A stretch of DNA of 64,000 bases from Silvanigrellaceae bacterium (lineage in GTDB: Bacteria > Bdellovibrionota_B > Oligoflexia > Silvanigrellales > Silvanigrellaceae), in assembly GCA_049423385.1 (NCBI GenBank), contig JBMSQQ010000002.1:1-64000 (forward strand), read 5' to 3'. Position numbers and translations under genes: made by a program. Below the pieces are notes generated by a model. The model ran no database searches. It worked only from the letters and a program-made list of their open reading frames with translations, and was not told where the DNA came from. Every line of letters starts with the position of its first letter. The stretch's first letter is position 1. Shown in pieces: positions 42,449 through 52,577 of the stretch.

Positions 42449-43242
42449 GTCGCGAATGCCACCTTTATGCTGCGAAACATGAATTCCCGGGTTCCAATTT
42501 TTATGATGTCACCATTCTCGAGTCCGGTTCCCGAGGTTGGGACTCCATTGACGTGCAGAACATCCGAGAGGGCAACGGGAACAATTGTCCAATTCTCGGT
42601 GTGGCGTGTTATGATGCAATGGCGCGGATTGAGATGTTCTTCCGGGAGATAAATTTCGACTCCTGGTTGGTTGCCAATCACGTTGTTTCCGAAAAACAAT
42701 CTGAAGTCCCGACCTTGTGCCTGCCCATTCAACTCCACGAGCCAGCCAACGGTGAATGGCGTTTGAGCGTTTGGCTTCTCCTTGAAAAACACAGCTTTCC
42801 TGGAAGTCGCCGGAACCGGAAGGAGCGGGACGAAGGCCAGCAGTTGTTCACCCAGTTGAATGATGTCGCCGTGGCAAAGCGGTGCAGCTTTTTCGCAGGG
42901 TTCGCCGTTGAGGAAAAGTGGTCTGTGGGTCGAACCTGGTTGCAGAATTGCAGACTCTCCCGAGAGAACATCTATAACGGCATGTTGTCTTCCGGTTTCG
43001 GGCGCGGTCACGACAACGTGGCAACGCGCCGATGAACCGATTGTGTTCGTTCCCGGGTAGAGCCTAAGATCTTCGCCCAAATGGGCGCCGTTGAGTCCGA
43101 CGAGCCATCCAGAGGTTGTGAGTGCGCGCCGCAGGCTTGGGTTTTGACCACGGGAAAATGCCAACGATTCATCAACCCAAGGCGTGCCGCAGGACTCAAA
43201 TGAATTCAGGAAATGTTGAGCGTCCAAAAAATGCGTATTCAT
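42445..43242 (-). CDS. Cytoplasmic tandem FHA-domain protein
   Basis: Two repeats of GWLVxLNGxxxGxDxRLxxGxNxIG..H..NG..LxxGDIIxxG. Confidence 0.85.
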   Translation of the reverse strand: MNTHFLDAQHFLNSFESCGTPWVDESLAFSRGQNPSLRRALTTSGWLVGLNGAHLGEDLRLYPGTNTIGSSARCHVVVTAPETGRQHAVIDVLSGESAILQPGSTHRPLFLNGEPCEKAAPLCHGDIIQLGEQLLAFVPLLPVPATSRKAVFFKEKPNAQTPFTVGWLVELNGQAQGRDFRLFFGNNVIGNQPGVEIYLPEEHLNPRHCIITRHTENWTIVPVALSDVLHVNGVPTSGTGLENGDIIKIGTREFMFRSIKVAFAT

Positions 43243-43381
43243 GAAGCGAGCATACTGCGGGTCGACAAGGAAAATCCTGCCTCAAGGCCAATTTGTTGAA
43301 CCAGCAGGGTTGTTTTGCCGGGAGGTCTCGGGGACACTGACTGGTGCACTGCTCGACACGCCGATTTCTTGGAGGAATGTG

Positions 43382-43945
43382 ATGACATCAATGAAGGGCA
43401 CTCCCGTTTCAACTTTCAATGCCACGATTCGCAATTTGATGTCCAAGTCCATCAAGGACGCTTGCGCTTCATTTGAAATCACTGTTGTAGACGAAGCTCC
43501 GGTTGTTAAGAAATCCATGGGAATCAACGGTGATTATCTTGCCGGGATCAGAGTCTCTGGCAAAAGCTTCACGGGAGCTGTCACTTTGTCGATGGATAAA
43601 GTTGCAGCGAAATCCTTTGCAGACAAAATATTTGCGGGCACGCAAGCAAAGGCAAATGACGCGATGCTTTGTGACCTTGTGGGTGAAGTCTGCAACCAGA
43701 TGACGGGAGTCATTCAGAGACAGCTCGGTCAGATTGGCTGCAAACTTCAAGTCACGGCGCAAGAAACTGCCCAGTCTCCTTCGACTTTGGACATGGGGGC
43801 TTCTCCTGAGGAGTGGTTGTTGACTCCCTTCAAGGTCAATCAGGGTAGAGCTGTTCTGGGATTTGGTTTCGTCGGCGATTTGGGTATTGGCGGTGAAGAA
43901 GTTCAGGAAGATCTCAGTGACGCTCGCCACATCACCTTTTTCTAA
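43382..43945 (+). CDS. cheX: CheX-like chemotaxis phosphatase
   Basis: GGAGG RBS; GIRVSG..GAVTL; DLVGEVCNQMTG (ExxN motif). Confidence 0.7.
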   Translation: MTSMKGTPVSTFNATIRNLMSKSIKDACASFEITVVDEAPVVKKSMGINGDYLAGIRVSGKSFTGAVTLSMDKVAAKSFADKIFAGTQAKANDAMLCDLVGEVCNQMTGVIQRQLGQIGCKLQVTAQETAQSPSTLDMGASPEEWLLTPFKVNQGRAVLGFGFVGDLGIGGEEVQEDLSDARHITFF

Positions 43946-44008
43946 GGTTCCGTTCAATCCCTCGGCTGCCGGCAAACGCCATGTTGCATCGGATTCCCAG
44001 TCGGCTTT

Positions 44009-45991
44009 TCACTTGACCGTTTTTTCGTAGGTGCACAGCGGGTTTCCACTGATGCTGACATCGTTGGCGAGTGGCCCGAAGCCTCTCGCTCCGGTTACGT
44101 CGTTTCTGACCGTGGCAGTTGCCGCACTTCCGGTGACATCGAAAGACACCGCATTTCGTGCGGGATTCTGATTGCTTTTTTCCTTCCACGCACGGCCTGC
44201 TCCCTCGATGATGATGGTTGCCAGGCGCATGTTCTGCACCGCAATGGCGTCTTCAGCGTTCAAGTATTTTTGGCCAAGCTGCATTTGAAAAAGGCTTCCA
44301 TCGCGTCTCCGGACTTGGTCGATTCGCATGTTGGATTTGTCGATAATCAACAGTAATGAAGATTCGGCGTTTTCAAATCTTTCGTCGCCCACAAAAATTT
44401 GTTCGGCACGTGCGTCCGTGGGTGCTGCGTCTGAAAAGGTCAAGGTCATGGGGCGTTGTGTCGGAATCAGTGGTGTTCCATCGCGCAAATTGGCAAGGTT
44501 GCACTGGTAAACAATCGCAAGTCCTCCAGGTTTGGCCTCTTCACTTTTCCAGAGGCTGGAGAGTTGGCATGCCTGCATTGAAAACAGCAATGCGACAAGC
44601 AGGGGTCTTCGGAATCTTCTCAGAAGTTTGGCAAAAACTTGAAGCAAGAGGGGCAAGAGCAGCAGGCCGGCAAGCGCAGACGTTGAGCCGTGGGACTTTT
44701 TCGAGTTTTGGATTTGCCCACATTTGACGCCGCCTTGCTGAACTTCAATTGTTTCCCCGGTGGCTGCCGCAATCTTTTGCCCTCGTGCCAGCTCAACTTC
44801 GCTTTTTTTGAACTCTTCGATCAGTATGCTTTTCCACTGGGAAACCCCGAGGACATCTGTAGCCTTGAGAACTGCAGCAGCCGCATCGCCAAGTTTCGTT
44901 TTGGTGGATTCACCCAAAAAGTTGATGCTCATCAAAACAACGCGATCGAAATCGAAAGTCTTTGCCTTGAAACCCGAAACTATTCTGTTTCTGCTCCGCC
45001 AAAGGGCGCTGCTCCAGACCTGACCAAATGCATGGCCTTCCTCAAGTACCTTGGCGTCATTCGTGGTTGGGGTATCGAGAAGGCGGCGCAGGTATCTCGC
45101 ACCACTGGGTCGGGTGACACGCCAAACACGGCCGAGGACGGGATCGCCAAACCAGCTTGCGCTGAAGTAGTCTGCATATCCTTCATTCACGGCAAACCAT
45201 TGCCATCCTTCCAGGCTGCGCTCGTCCCGAACATGATTGAAGATGATGTGTGAAAGTTCATGACCAATGATTGTAGGATCATGGCCTGCTGAATATCCCG
45301 GGGGATTGCATACAGCAGCACTGGTCTTGTCGAAGCAGGAATTGGGATGAATATAGAGTGACTGAACTCCAACCACAAAAGCATTGTCCCGTTCAACTTC
45401 GCCACCATTGATCGACGGCGAGCGGGGAGCAAAATATGCGGCCTGAACCTTTACCTTTGAGAGAATTTCCTCGCCCCGGGGCAAGCTTCGCAGCAGCGGT
45501 GCAAAATATTGTTCCATCATCTCGTTGATGGTTTGCGCTGTCGTGGTCACCGGAATGGAATCGTTGTCGCGTCCCAACGCTTCGATTTGGGCTCGATTGA
45601 GTTCATTTCCTGAGAGACCGGCACCCGCGGGTGAATCGCCAATATATCGGACCGTGGCCCAACGAGTGTCGAGCAGGAATTTTGAGCTTCCAAACCCGAG
45701 AACATCCGCGTCCGGCGGAAGAGAGATTCCAACAGGGACGTCTGGTTCGTCGACCGGGGTCGTGTTGCTTGAACGAGGAACGAGATTGACCTCTGCGAGG
45801 AGAGCGGAAATCTTGTCGGAGGACAACTCACCCTGGGTTCCGAGTTTTTTCGCCGGAGGCAGGATGACCATGGCCGGCATTTTTTGATTTTGTGATGATG
45901 GGGCCCAGATTAAAAATCCCGTGGCAACGAGAACGAGTGCGGCAAAGCCGATGGCGCCACGTGCTGCGATTTTTTTCGTCAACCCATTCAC
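44009..45991 (-). CDS. Thermolysin/fungalysin-like (M4/M36) zinc metallopeptidase with internal TM segments and extra C-terminal domain
   Basis: DNAF, IGHELSH, NEGYADYF, EGHAFGQVWSSALW; N-terminal TM; two internal hydrophobic segments. Confidence 0.8.
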   Translation of the reverse strand: MNGLTKKIAARGAIGFAALVLVATGFLIWAPSSQNQKMPAMVILPPAKKLGTQGELSSDKISALLAEVNLVPRSSNTTPVDEPDVPVGISLPPDADVLGFGSSKFLLDTRWATVRYIGDSPAGAGLSGNELNRAQIEALGRDNDSIPVTTTAQTINEMMEQYFAPLLRSLPRGEEILSKVKVQAAYFAPRSPSINGGEVERDNAFVVGVQSLYIHPNSCFDKTSAAVCNPPGYSAGHDPTIIGHELSHIIFNHVRDERSLEGWQWFAVNEGYADYFSASWFGDPVLGRVWRVTRPSGARYLRRLLDTPTTNDAKVLEEGHAFGQVWSSALWRSRNRIVSGFKAKTFDFDRVVLMSINFLGESTKTKLGDAAAAVLKATDVLGVSQWKSILIEEFKKSEVELARGQKIAAATGETIEVQQGGVKCGQIQNSKKSHGSTSALAGLLLLPLLLQVFAKLLRRFRRPLLVALLFSMQACQLSSLWKSEEAKPGGLAIVYQCNLANLRDGTPLIPTQRPMTLTFSDAAPTDARAEQIFVGDERFENAESSLLLIIDKSNMRIDQVRRRDGSLFQMQLGQKYLNAEDAIAVQNMRLATIIIEGAGRAWKEKSNQNPARNAVSFDVTGSAATATVRNDVTGARGFGPLANDVSISGNPLCTYEKTVK

Positions 45992-46921
45992 TTATTCGGC
46001 TCCGTAATCACCATGTGTCTTCAATGTTCGAGCGCATTTGCGCAATTCGTCTGCAACAATCGAAAATCTTTTGAGATCCAGACATCCCGATCGGGCAATC
46101 AAGAACAGTCCGTTTTTTTGCATCGAAGCACTTTCCACTGCATACCCTGGTGGAATCGAAAGTTGGCGGATGATTTGTTTTGGAATGACACAGAGTGCGT
46201 TTTCAATTGAAATCACAACTTTTGGGATTGCGATGATGTGATCGAGACAAGCTGCCACCTGAACTTTTGGCCAGGGAAAAGCTTCTCCATCAAACAATTC
46301 ATTCCAGAAGGTATCAACAATTGAATCGGGAATATTCATTGTCACCCAGGGGCGGTTCAGGAGAATTTGTTTCCTTTCCGATTTGCTTCCTGATTTGGGC
46401 AGGGCTTTGCCAAACAGGACAAGTTCCTCGTCGACAAGTTTCTCTGCCTGGACACCTTCTGTGTGCTCAAACGGTTGTGCAACCACGGCAAGGTCAAGTT
46501 GGCCGTGGGTGACCATGTGGAGCAAATTTGCGGTTTGGTCCACGTGAAGTTTCAATTGAAGCTTTGGAGTTTTCTGATTCACACCCGCAAACGCAGGCAA
46601 AAACAAGCTGTCGAACCAGCCCATCAGGCAACCAATTCGAACCGTTCCGTCAATTGCGCTCAACTCTTCCGTGAGGCTTTCCTTGATGCCATCAAAGCGG
46701 TTGAGAATTTCCCTGACCTGCGGAACGATGGCCTCTGCGGTGGGAAGTGGCACCATGCTGCGGGGAGTGCGCTGAAACAATTTGACACCCCATTCCGTCT
46801 CGATTTTTTTCAATTTCAAGCTGATGGCAGGCTGGGTCAAGCCAAGGCCGTTCGCTGCGTGGGAAATTGACCCGCCGTCGACAATAGCCAGAAATGCTTC
46901 GAGGTCCTTGACGTCAATCAT
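45992..46921 (-). CDS. LysR family transcriptional regulator
   Basis: LEAFLAIVDGGSISHAANGLGLTQPAISLKLKKIE..LFQR; LDLAV. Confidence 0.92.
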   Translation of the reverse strand: MIDVKDLEAFLAIVDGGSISHAANGLGLTQPAISLKLKKIETEWGVKLFQRTPRSMVPLPTAEAIVPQVREILNRFDGIKESLTEELSAIDGTVRIGCLMGWFDSLFLPAFAGVNQKTPKLQLKLHVDQTANLLHMVTHGQLDLAVVAQPFEHTEGVQAEKLVDEELVLFGKALPKSGSKSERKQILLNRPWVTMNIPDSIVDTFWNELFDGEAFPWPKVQVAACLDHIIAIPKVVISIENALCVIPKQIIRQLSIPPGYAVESASMQKNGLFLIARSGCLDLKRFSIVADELRKCARTLKTHGDYGAE

Positions 46922-48036
46922 GTTCTGTCCTGTTCATTTTGCTTTTCTGAAAATGAAGACAGCCTTGGCAAAGTCACGGTGAATGTTGTGCCAACACCTT
47001 CGCTGGACTGACACGAAATCGAACCCTTGTGCTGGGTGACGATTGAATACGAGATTGCAAGGCCAAGTCCAGTCCCTTCGCCCACAGGTTTGGTGGTGAA
47101 AAATGGATCAAAAATCTTGGCAACCTGCGATTTTGGAATTCCGGTTCCGGAATCGCGGATTTTCAATTCGATGGTGTTCTCGTTTTCCTGAATCGTGACT
47201 TCAAGTTCACCTCCGCCATCGCGCATTGCATAAATCGCGTTGGTGACGAGATTGAGAACGACCTGTGAAATTTTGCCCCGCGAACCTTCAATAAGAATCG
47301 GATTTTGAGGAGTGTTTATGGTGACCTGGATCCGTTCCTTGCGGAGAATCGCGCGTGAGAGTCTGAGCGTCGACTCCACGCAGTCGATCAGGTCGAAATT
47401 TTCAACATTTTCCGGAGCGTCCTGGCGAGCAAATCCGAGCAAACCTTCGACAATGACTTTGCATTTTTGTGCTGCGGCTTCGATTTCGCGCATGTCCTCG
47501 AGGTGAGGATCCTCGGCCGACATTTCGCGAAGTGCCATTTGCGCGAATGCCATGATTCCAGCCAACGGGCTATTGATCTCGTGGGCAACGCCGCCAGCCA
47601 TTTTACCCAGTGCAGCCAATTTGTCTGCGCGGGCAAGGCTCTCGTGCAATGCCCTCTGTTGAGTGACGTCGCGATAATGCACAACGGTGAGAGCACCATT
47701 GTTGTGTTCAACATCCACATTTGGGCTGACCCGGATTTCGAGTTCACGACCATTGATGAGTTCGCGACTGTTCCAGGTTGATTTCAGTCCATCGACTCTT
47801 GCTTTTTGAACTTTGCAGTCGGGGCAGGGAGCATTGCGACCTGCAAAAGCTTCAAAGCACTTTTTGCCTCGAAACTCGGTGATCGCCAGTTGCTCGGGAT
47901 TGACTGCCTTTTCTGCATATGCTCGATTTTGTCTTCGGATATTGAAATTTTCATCGATCAGCGCCAAAGGATCTTCAAGCGCATCAATCATTCCCAACCA
48001 TTGGGTTTTGAGGTGTTCAACAAATTCGACGTCCAT
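46918..48036 (-). CDS. PAS-domain histidine kinase (NtrB-like), cytoplasmic
   Basis: KLAALGKMAGGVAHEINSPL, QVVLNLVTNA, DSGTGI, FDPFFTTKPVGEGTGLGL; PAS with C..PCPDC. Confidence 0.92.
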   Translation of the reverse strand: MDVEFVEHLKTQWLGMIDALEDPLALIDENFNIRRQNRAYAEKAVNPEQLAITEFRGKKCFEAFAGRNAPCPDCKVQKARVDGLKSTWNSRELINGRELEIRVSPNVDVEHNNGALTVVHYRDVTQQRALHESLARADKLAALGKMAGGVAHEINSPLAGIMAFAQMALREMSAEDPHLEDMREIEAAAQKCKVIVEGLLGFARQDAPENVENFDLIDCVESTLRLSRAILRKERIQVTINTPQNPILIEGSRGKISQVVLNLVTNAIYAMRDGGGELEVTIQENENTIELKIRDSGTGIPKSQVAKIFDPFFTTKPVGEGTGLGLAISYSIVTQHKGSISCQSSEGVGTTFTVTLPRLSSFSEKQNEQDRT

Positions 48037-48086
48037 AAAAATCGCCCTCTGTGGCTCTGCTTAGAGCTTAACAGAGGGCGATTTTT
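48037..48086 (-). terminator. Intrinsic terminator after lon, abutting the kinase start codon
   Basis: Perfect 16-bp stem AAAAATCGCCCTCTGT / ACAGAGGGCGATTTTT plus inner stem GGCTCT / AGAGCT. Confidence 0.85.
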
Positions 48087-48114
48087 GCCTCGCGGCAGGG
48101 ATGTGGCGCAAACG

Positions 48115-50697
48115 TCAGTGTCGCATGGTTTCAGGGGCTGAATTTCGTTGATTGGCCGTCATGGATGCAATTTCTGCAGCAGACTTCAGTTTGGACTGAA
48201 GTTCATCCGTTTCATTCCAGGCAAGTGCATGGAAAAGAACCGAATCCACATGGTCGACTCCAACAACGGTCAATTTCTCGAGAACGTTCTTTGGAATTTC
48301 GTGAAGGTCTTTCAAATTCTCTCGTGGAATAATGATTTTCTTCACGCCACCGCGGTGCGCTGCGAGAAGTTTTTCCTTCAGGCCGCCAATCGGAAGGACT
48401 CGTCCACGCAGGGTGATTTCTCCAGTCATGGCGATTTCACGGCTGACAGGCCGCTTGGTGAGCGCACTCACAAGTGCCGTTGCCATTGTGATACCGGCGC
48501 TTGGGCCATCTTTCGGAATCGCACCTTCCGGGAAGTGAACGTGGATGTCGATCTTTGAGTAAAAATCTTCCTCCAGGCCCAGGAAAGTTGCCCGTGAGCG
48601 AACGTAGCTGAAAGCAGCCTGGGCTGATTCCTGCATCACTTCACCCAGTTTTCCGGTGATTTTCAGGTTTCCTTTGCCGGTCACGATTGAGACTTCCGTA
48701 ATCAGCAGGTCTCCGCCGACCTCTGTGTACGCCAATCCCTGGCAGACGCCAATTTCATCGCGGGTGCCTGTTTCGTTGATGCTGAAACGTCGAGGTCCGA
48801 GGTTGTCGCGAATGGTGCCATCGTTGACAACAGGAGCTTTGATGCCATCCAGTTTGATGATTTCAGTCAGAGTCGTTGGCAACGCTGATTTGTCGGTCGC
48901 CGGAGCGGCCGTTGTCGTTGTCGTTGAAGATTGTGCCGCAGCATTCGCCTTGGCCGCTTTCTCTGCCTTGGTTGGCTTGGTGGCTGTTGCCTCGGCTTCT
49001 GTTTTTTGTTTGAGCAGCTGACGGGCAATCTTTCTGCAGACACTCGAGATTTCACGCTCCAGGCTGCGGACTCCTGCTTCGCGGGTGTAGTAGCGAATCA
49101 GTTCTTCCAGAGCGGAATCATCAAACTTCAATCCTGTGGCCTCGAGTCCGTTGGACTTTGCAGCCTTTGGCACGAGGTGTCTTTGAGCGATGTTGACCTT
49201 CTCTTGCTCGGTATAACCGCCCAAGGTGATGATCTCCATGCGGTCCAACAACGGCTTCGGAATGGTATGAAGGTTGTTGGCCGTCGCCAAGAACAATGTC
49301 TGGGAAAGATCATAGTCCATGTCGAGGTAGTGGTCATTGAATGTCGAGTTCTGCTCGGGGTCAAGAACCTCAAGCATGGCGCTTGCCGGATCACCCCGGA
49401 AGTCTGAACTCATCTTGTCGATTTCGTCGAGCAAAATGACCGGATTGCTGGTGCCAGCCTTTTTGAGAGCGTTGACGATCTTGCCAGGCATTGCTCCAAT
49501 GTAGGTACGGCGGTGTCCGCGGATTTCCGCTTCGTCGCGTACGCCACCCAGGGCGATGCGTGCAAATTCACGTCCTGTGGCACGAGCGATGCTGCGTGCC
49601 AAGCTTGTTTTACCAACGCCCGGAGGACCCACGAGGCAAAGAATGGGGCCCTTGAGTTTGTCGGACAAACTTGTCACCGCAAGAAATTCGAGGATTCGTT
49701 CTTTGACCTTGTCGAGACCAAAGTGATCGGCTTCGAGCACTTCTTCGCTGAACTTGGGATCACGCAGCAATGTGCTGAATTCGCCCCAAGGAAGTCCGAG
49801 TGTGGTGTCGATGTAGTTGCGCACAACGGTTGCCTCGGCGCTCATCGGGCTCATGCCGCGAAGCTTTTTGAGTTCTTTTTTCAAACGATCGCGCGCTTCG
49901 TCGGACAACTTCTTCGATTTGATTTTACTTTCCAGTTCGGCGATTTCGGTGCGGGAATCGTCGAAGTTGCCCAATTCCTTCTGAATAGCGTTCATCTGCT
50001 CGTTCAGGTAGTACTCTTTCTGGGTCTTTTCCATTTGGCGTTTGACTCGGGCACGAATCTTCTTTTCAACCCGAAGTATTTCAATTTCCGACTGGATGAT
50101 TCCGAAAATTTCCTCAAGACGCTTTGCTGGATCGACAGTCTCAAGAATCCGCTGCTTGTCGGCCAGTTTCAGGTTTGCCAACTGCACAACAAGAGTGTCT
50201 GCAAGTCGGCTCTCATCTTCGATGGATGAGATCGAAAAGACCATTTCCGGTGGAACTTTTTTGTTCAACTTGACGTAGGTGTCGAACGCTGCCTTGACTG
50301 TTCTGACCAAGGCTTCGTTTTCGACGGCTTGTCCTGGTGGTTCGGCGATTTCGGCAACTTCGACGACCAGGAGATCGTTGCTTTCGACGTATCTGCTGAT
50401 TTTGGCGCGACGCTTTCCTTCAACTAGAATCTTGACCGTGCCGTCGGGTAGGCGAAGAAGCTGAAGTATTTGTGCGATGGTTCCGAACTCATAGATTTCT
50501 TCTGGCGTGGGATCGTTTGTCTTCGATTTTCGTTGCGCAGCCAGAAAGATTTCGCGGTTGCGCGACATCGCATCGTCAAGAGCCTTGATGCTTTTCTCAC
50601 GCCCAACAAACAGCGGTACCACCGTGTGCGGAAACACAAGAAGTTCCCGCAGAGGCAACAGTGGAAGGGTGCGGACGTTTGCTTTCTTTTCAGCCAT
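48115..50697 (-). CDS. lon: ATP-dependent endopeptidase La
   Basis: [47 protein letters not shown]. Confidence 0.97.
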   Translation of the reverse strand: MAEKKANVRTLPLLPLRELLVFPHTVVPLFVGREKSIKALDDAMSRNREIFLAAQRKSKTNDPTPEEIYEFGTIAQILQLLRLPDGTVKILVEGKRRAKISRYVESNDLLVVEVAEIAEPPGQAVENEALVRTVKAAFDTYVKLNKKVPPEMVFSISSIEDESRLADTLVVQLANLKLADKQRILETVDPAKRLEEIFGIIQSEIEILRVEKKIRARVKRQMEKTQKEYYLNEQMNAIQKELGNFDDSRTEIAELESKIKSKKLSDEARDRLKKELKKLRGMSPMSAEATVVRNYIDTTLGLPWGEFSTLLRDPKFSEEVLEADHFGLDKVKERILEFLAVTSLSDKLKGPILCLVGPPGVGKTSLARSIARATGREFARIALGGVRDEAEIRGHRRTYIGAMPGKIVNALKKAGTSNPVILLDEIDKMSSDFRGDPASAMLEVLDPEQNSTFNDHYLDMDYDLSQTLFLATANNLHTIPKPLLDRMEIITLGGYTEQEKVNIAQRHLVPKAAKSNGLEATGLKFDDSALEELIRYYTREAGVRSLEREISSVCRKIARQLLKQKTEAEATATKPTKAEKAAKANAAAQSSTTTTTAAPATDKSALPTTLTEIIKLDGIKAPVVNDGTIRDNLGPRRFSINETGTRDEIGVCQGLAYTEVGGDLLITEVSIVTGKGNLKITGKLGEVMQESAQAAFSYVRSRATFLGLEEDFYSKIDIHVHFPEGAIPKDGPSAGITMATALVSALTKRPVSREIAMTGEITLRGRVLPIGGLKEKLLAAHRGGVKKIIIPRENLKDLHEIPKNVLEKLTVVGVDHVDSVLFHALAWNETDELQSKLKSAAEIASMTANQRNSAPETMRH

Positions 50698-50788
50698 TGA
50701 AATCCTCCAAGGCAAATCGACTGGCGACTGTTTCAAAGTTTAAGCACTTGGGAGCATTTGGCAATCAAACGCACGCATTTGACCCGAG

Positions 50789-52459
50789 TCAGTTTTCCGT
50801 TGCCTGCGAAATAGGCTTTTCCCATTCCGCAAGTTGGGATTCAAACTTCGGCCAGAGGCGGGCGAGAACAGATTCCCCGATGCTCTTTTGCTCAGACAAC
50901 ACTTCGGACAGTGCCTGCTGAGACGTGAGTGGATGAAACAGCACTGCCCGAAATACGACGGTGTCAAAGCCTGGTATTACCGATTCAAGGGTCGTGCGGG
51001 AAACAAAACTTTTCCCGCTTTGTCGTTGAATCTTTTGTATTTCGACGGTGGTTTCGTTGAGCAGGGCGGTCAATTGGTGCAGCGTGGGAACTCTGACGTC
51101 CTCACGTTTTTGCTCGACAACGCTTTGTCTGAGCCGCTCCAGCTTTGCTTTCCAGGCAGCCGGAACAAATCGCCATGTGACGATGTTGGTCTTGACCTCG
51201 CTGGTGAGTTCGAAGCAGTCGGACTCATTGATCAGTTTCTCGAAAGCGCCAGCAAGCGAGAGTGAATATTCCATGAGTTGCGCATAATTTTTTCCGCCAA
51301 TTGCCCAAAGCGCAAACCAAAGTTTGAAAGAATCAAAACGGCGACTTCCCTCCAGGCTTGTGCGGCCGAGATCAACACTGCCGGAGCGAATGATGTAGCG
51401 AGCCGTGTGGCGGAGAACATCGAGGGCTGATTCATCACGAAAAACAACCATCCCCTGAGCCATTGGAACGTAAAACAATTTGTGACCGTCGATAATCACG
51501 GAATCTGCGAGTTCGATGCCGGCGAACAATTTGCGGCCACGCTCGCAAAGCAATAGTGGCCCTCCCCAGGCCGCATCCACGTGAAACCATGCGCCCGTTT
51601 TTTGCGCCAAAGCGGCCAGCGCTGAAAGGTCATCCGAGCTGCCCGTTTCGGTGCTTCCTGCAACGCCCACAATCACCAGGGGGAGAATTCCCTGGGCCTG
51701 GTGCTGCATCATTGTTCGCTCGAGTGCAGCGATGTCAATTTGATTTGTGAACGGAACGACGGGTATTTCGTGGACGGATTGGGTCCCGAGTCCCAGCACT
51801 GAAGCCGCCTTGCGAATCGAATAATGGACACGCTTGCTGGCGTAGATGCCAACCTTGCGTTTGCCCATGCGTTCCAGGGCTTCAGAAACTCCCCAGTCCT
51901 TGCATCTTGGAATTTTTTTGTTGCGGGCGACGGCAAGCGCCGTCAGATTTCCCATGGTTCCGCCACTCGTCACATTGCCTAAACACAGATCCGGTTTGTG
52001 CATGCGGGCCTTGTAGTAGTCGGAGTTTCTCCCAAAAACGAGCCGATGTATCCATGCCAAAAGCTGACCTTCCACGAAACTTCCGGCCAAGGCAGTCTCA
52101 ATTTTCACAACGTTCTGGTTCAGCGCTGCAATGAGAAGTTCGAGACCCAGGTGAAAATACGGCGTGGCTCCAGTCATGTGGCCAATGTAATGCGGGTCTG
52201 CGACCTGTACTGAATGCTTGACAACGCGTTCACTCGAGAGTTGGAGCGCCTTTTCGACTCCAATTCCCTGAAATGGAATTTCAACTTCATGAAAAAGGCT
52301 CTCAAGGTCGGGCAAGCTCAGGTCACTGTGGAGTTTGTTCTCGGATTGCGGTTTCAGGAAATTCAGGGCTGCGTCAAGATTGCGCTCCACCAGACGGCGC
52401 AGGTTCTGTTCTGCACCAGGTTGGAAAAACAAAGCTCGCATGGCATCCTTGTGAGTCAT
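50789..52459 (-). CDS. panP: PLP-dependent aspartate 1-decarboxylase (PanP-like, group II decarboxylase)
   Basis: YIGHMT, LNQNVVKIET, SGGTMGNLTAL, AGSTETG, HVDAAWGG, DGHK, DLGRTSLEGSR. Confidence 0.8.
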   Translation of the reverse strand: MTHKDAMRALFFQPGAEQNLRRLVERNLDAALNFLKPQSENKLHSDLSLPDLESLFHEVEIPFQGIGVEKALQLSSERVVKHSVQVADPHYIGHMTGATPYFHLGLELLIAALNQNVVKIETALAGSFVEGQLLAWIHRLVFGRNSDYYKARMHKPDLCLGNVTSGGTMGNLTALAVARNKKIPRCKDWGVSEALERMGKRKVGIYASKRVHYSIRKAASVLGLGTQSVHEIPVVPFTNQIDIAALERTMMQHQAQGILPLVIVGVAGSTETGSSDDLSALAALAQKTGAWFHVDAAWGGPLLLCERGRKLFAGIELADSVIIDGHKLFYVPMAQGMVVFRDESALDVLRHTARYIIRSGSVDLGRTSLEGSRRFDSFKLWFALWAIGGKNYAQLMEYSLSLAGAFEKLINESDCFELTSEVKTNIVTWRFVPAAWKAKLERLRQSVVEQKREDVRVPTLHQLTALLNETTVEIQKIQRQSGKSFVSRTTLESVIPGFDTVVFRAVLFHPLTSQQALSEVLSEQKSIGESVLARLWPKFESQLAEWEKPISQATEN

Positions 52460-52577
52460 GTGGGTTCCTGTGTCGGGAGCCTTTTCACGCGGCTGTTGGG
52501 TTATCCAAACAACGGACGACTGCTTTATAATAGCTTTTTCATGATTGCCAACTTGAAGCCTGGGGCGGACTCTGACG

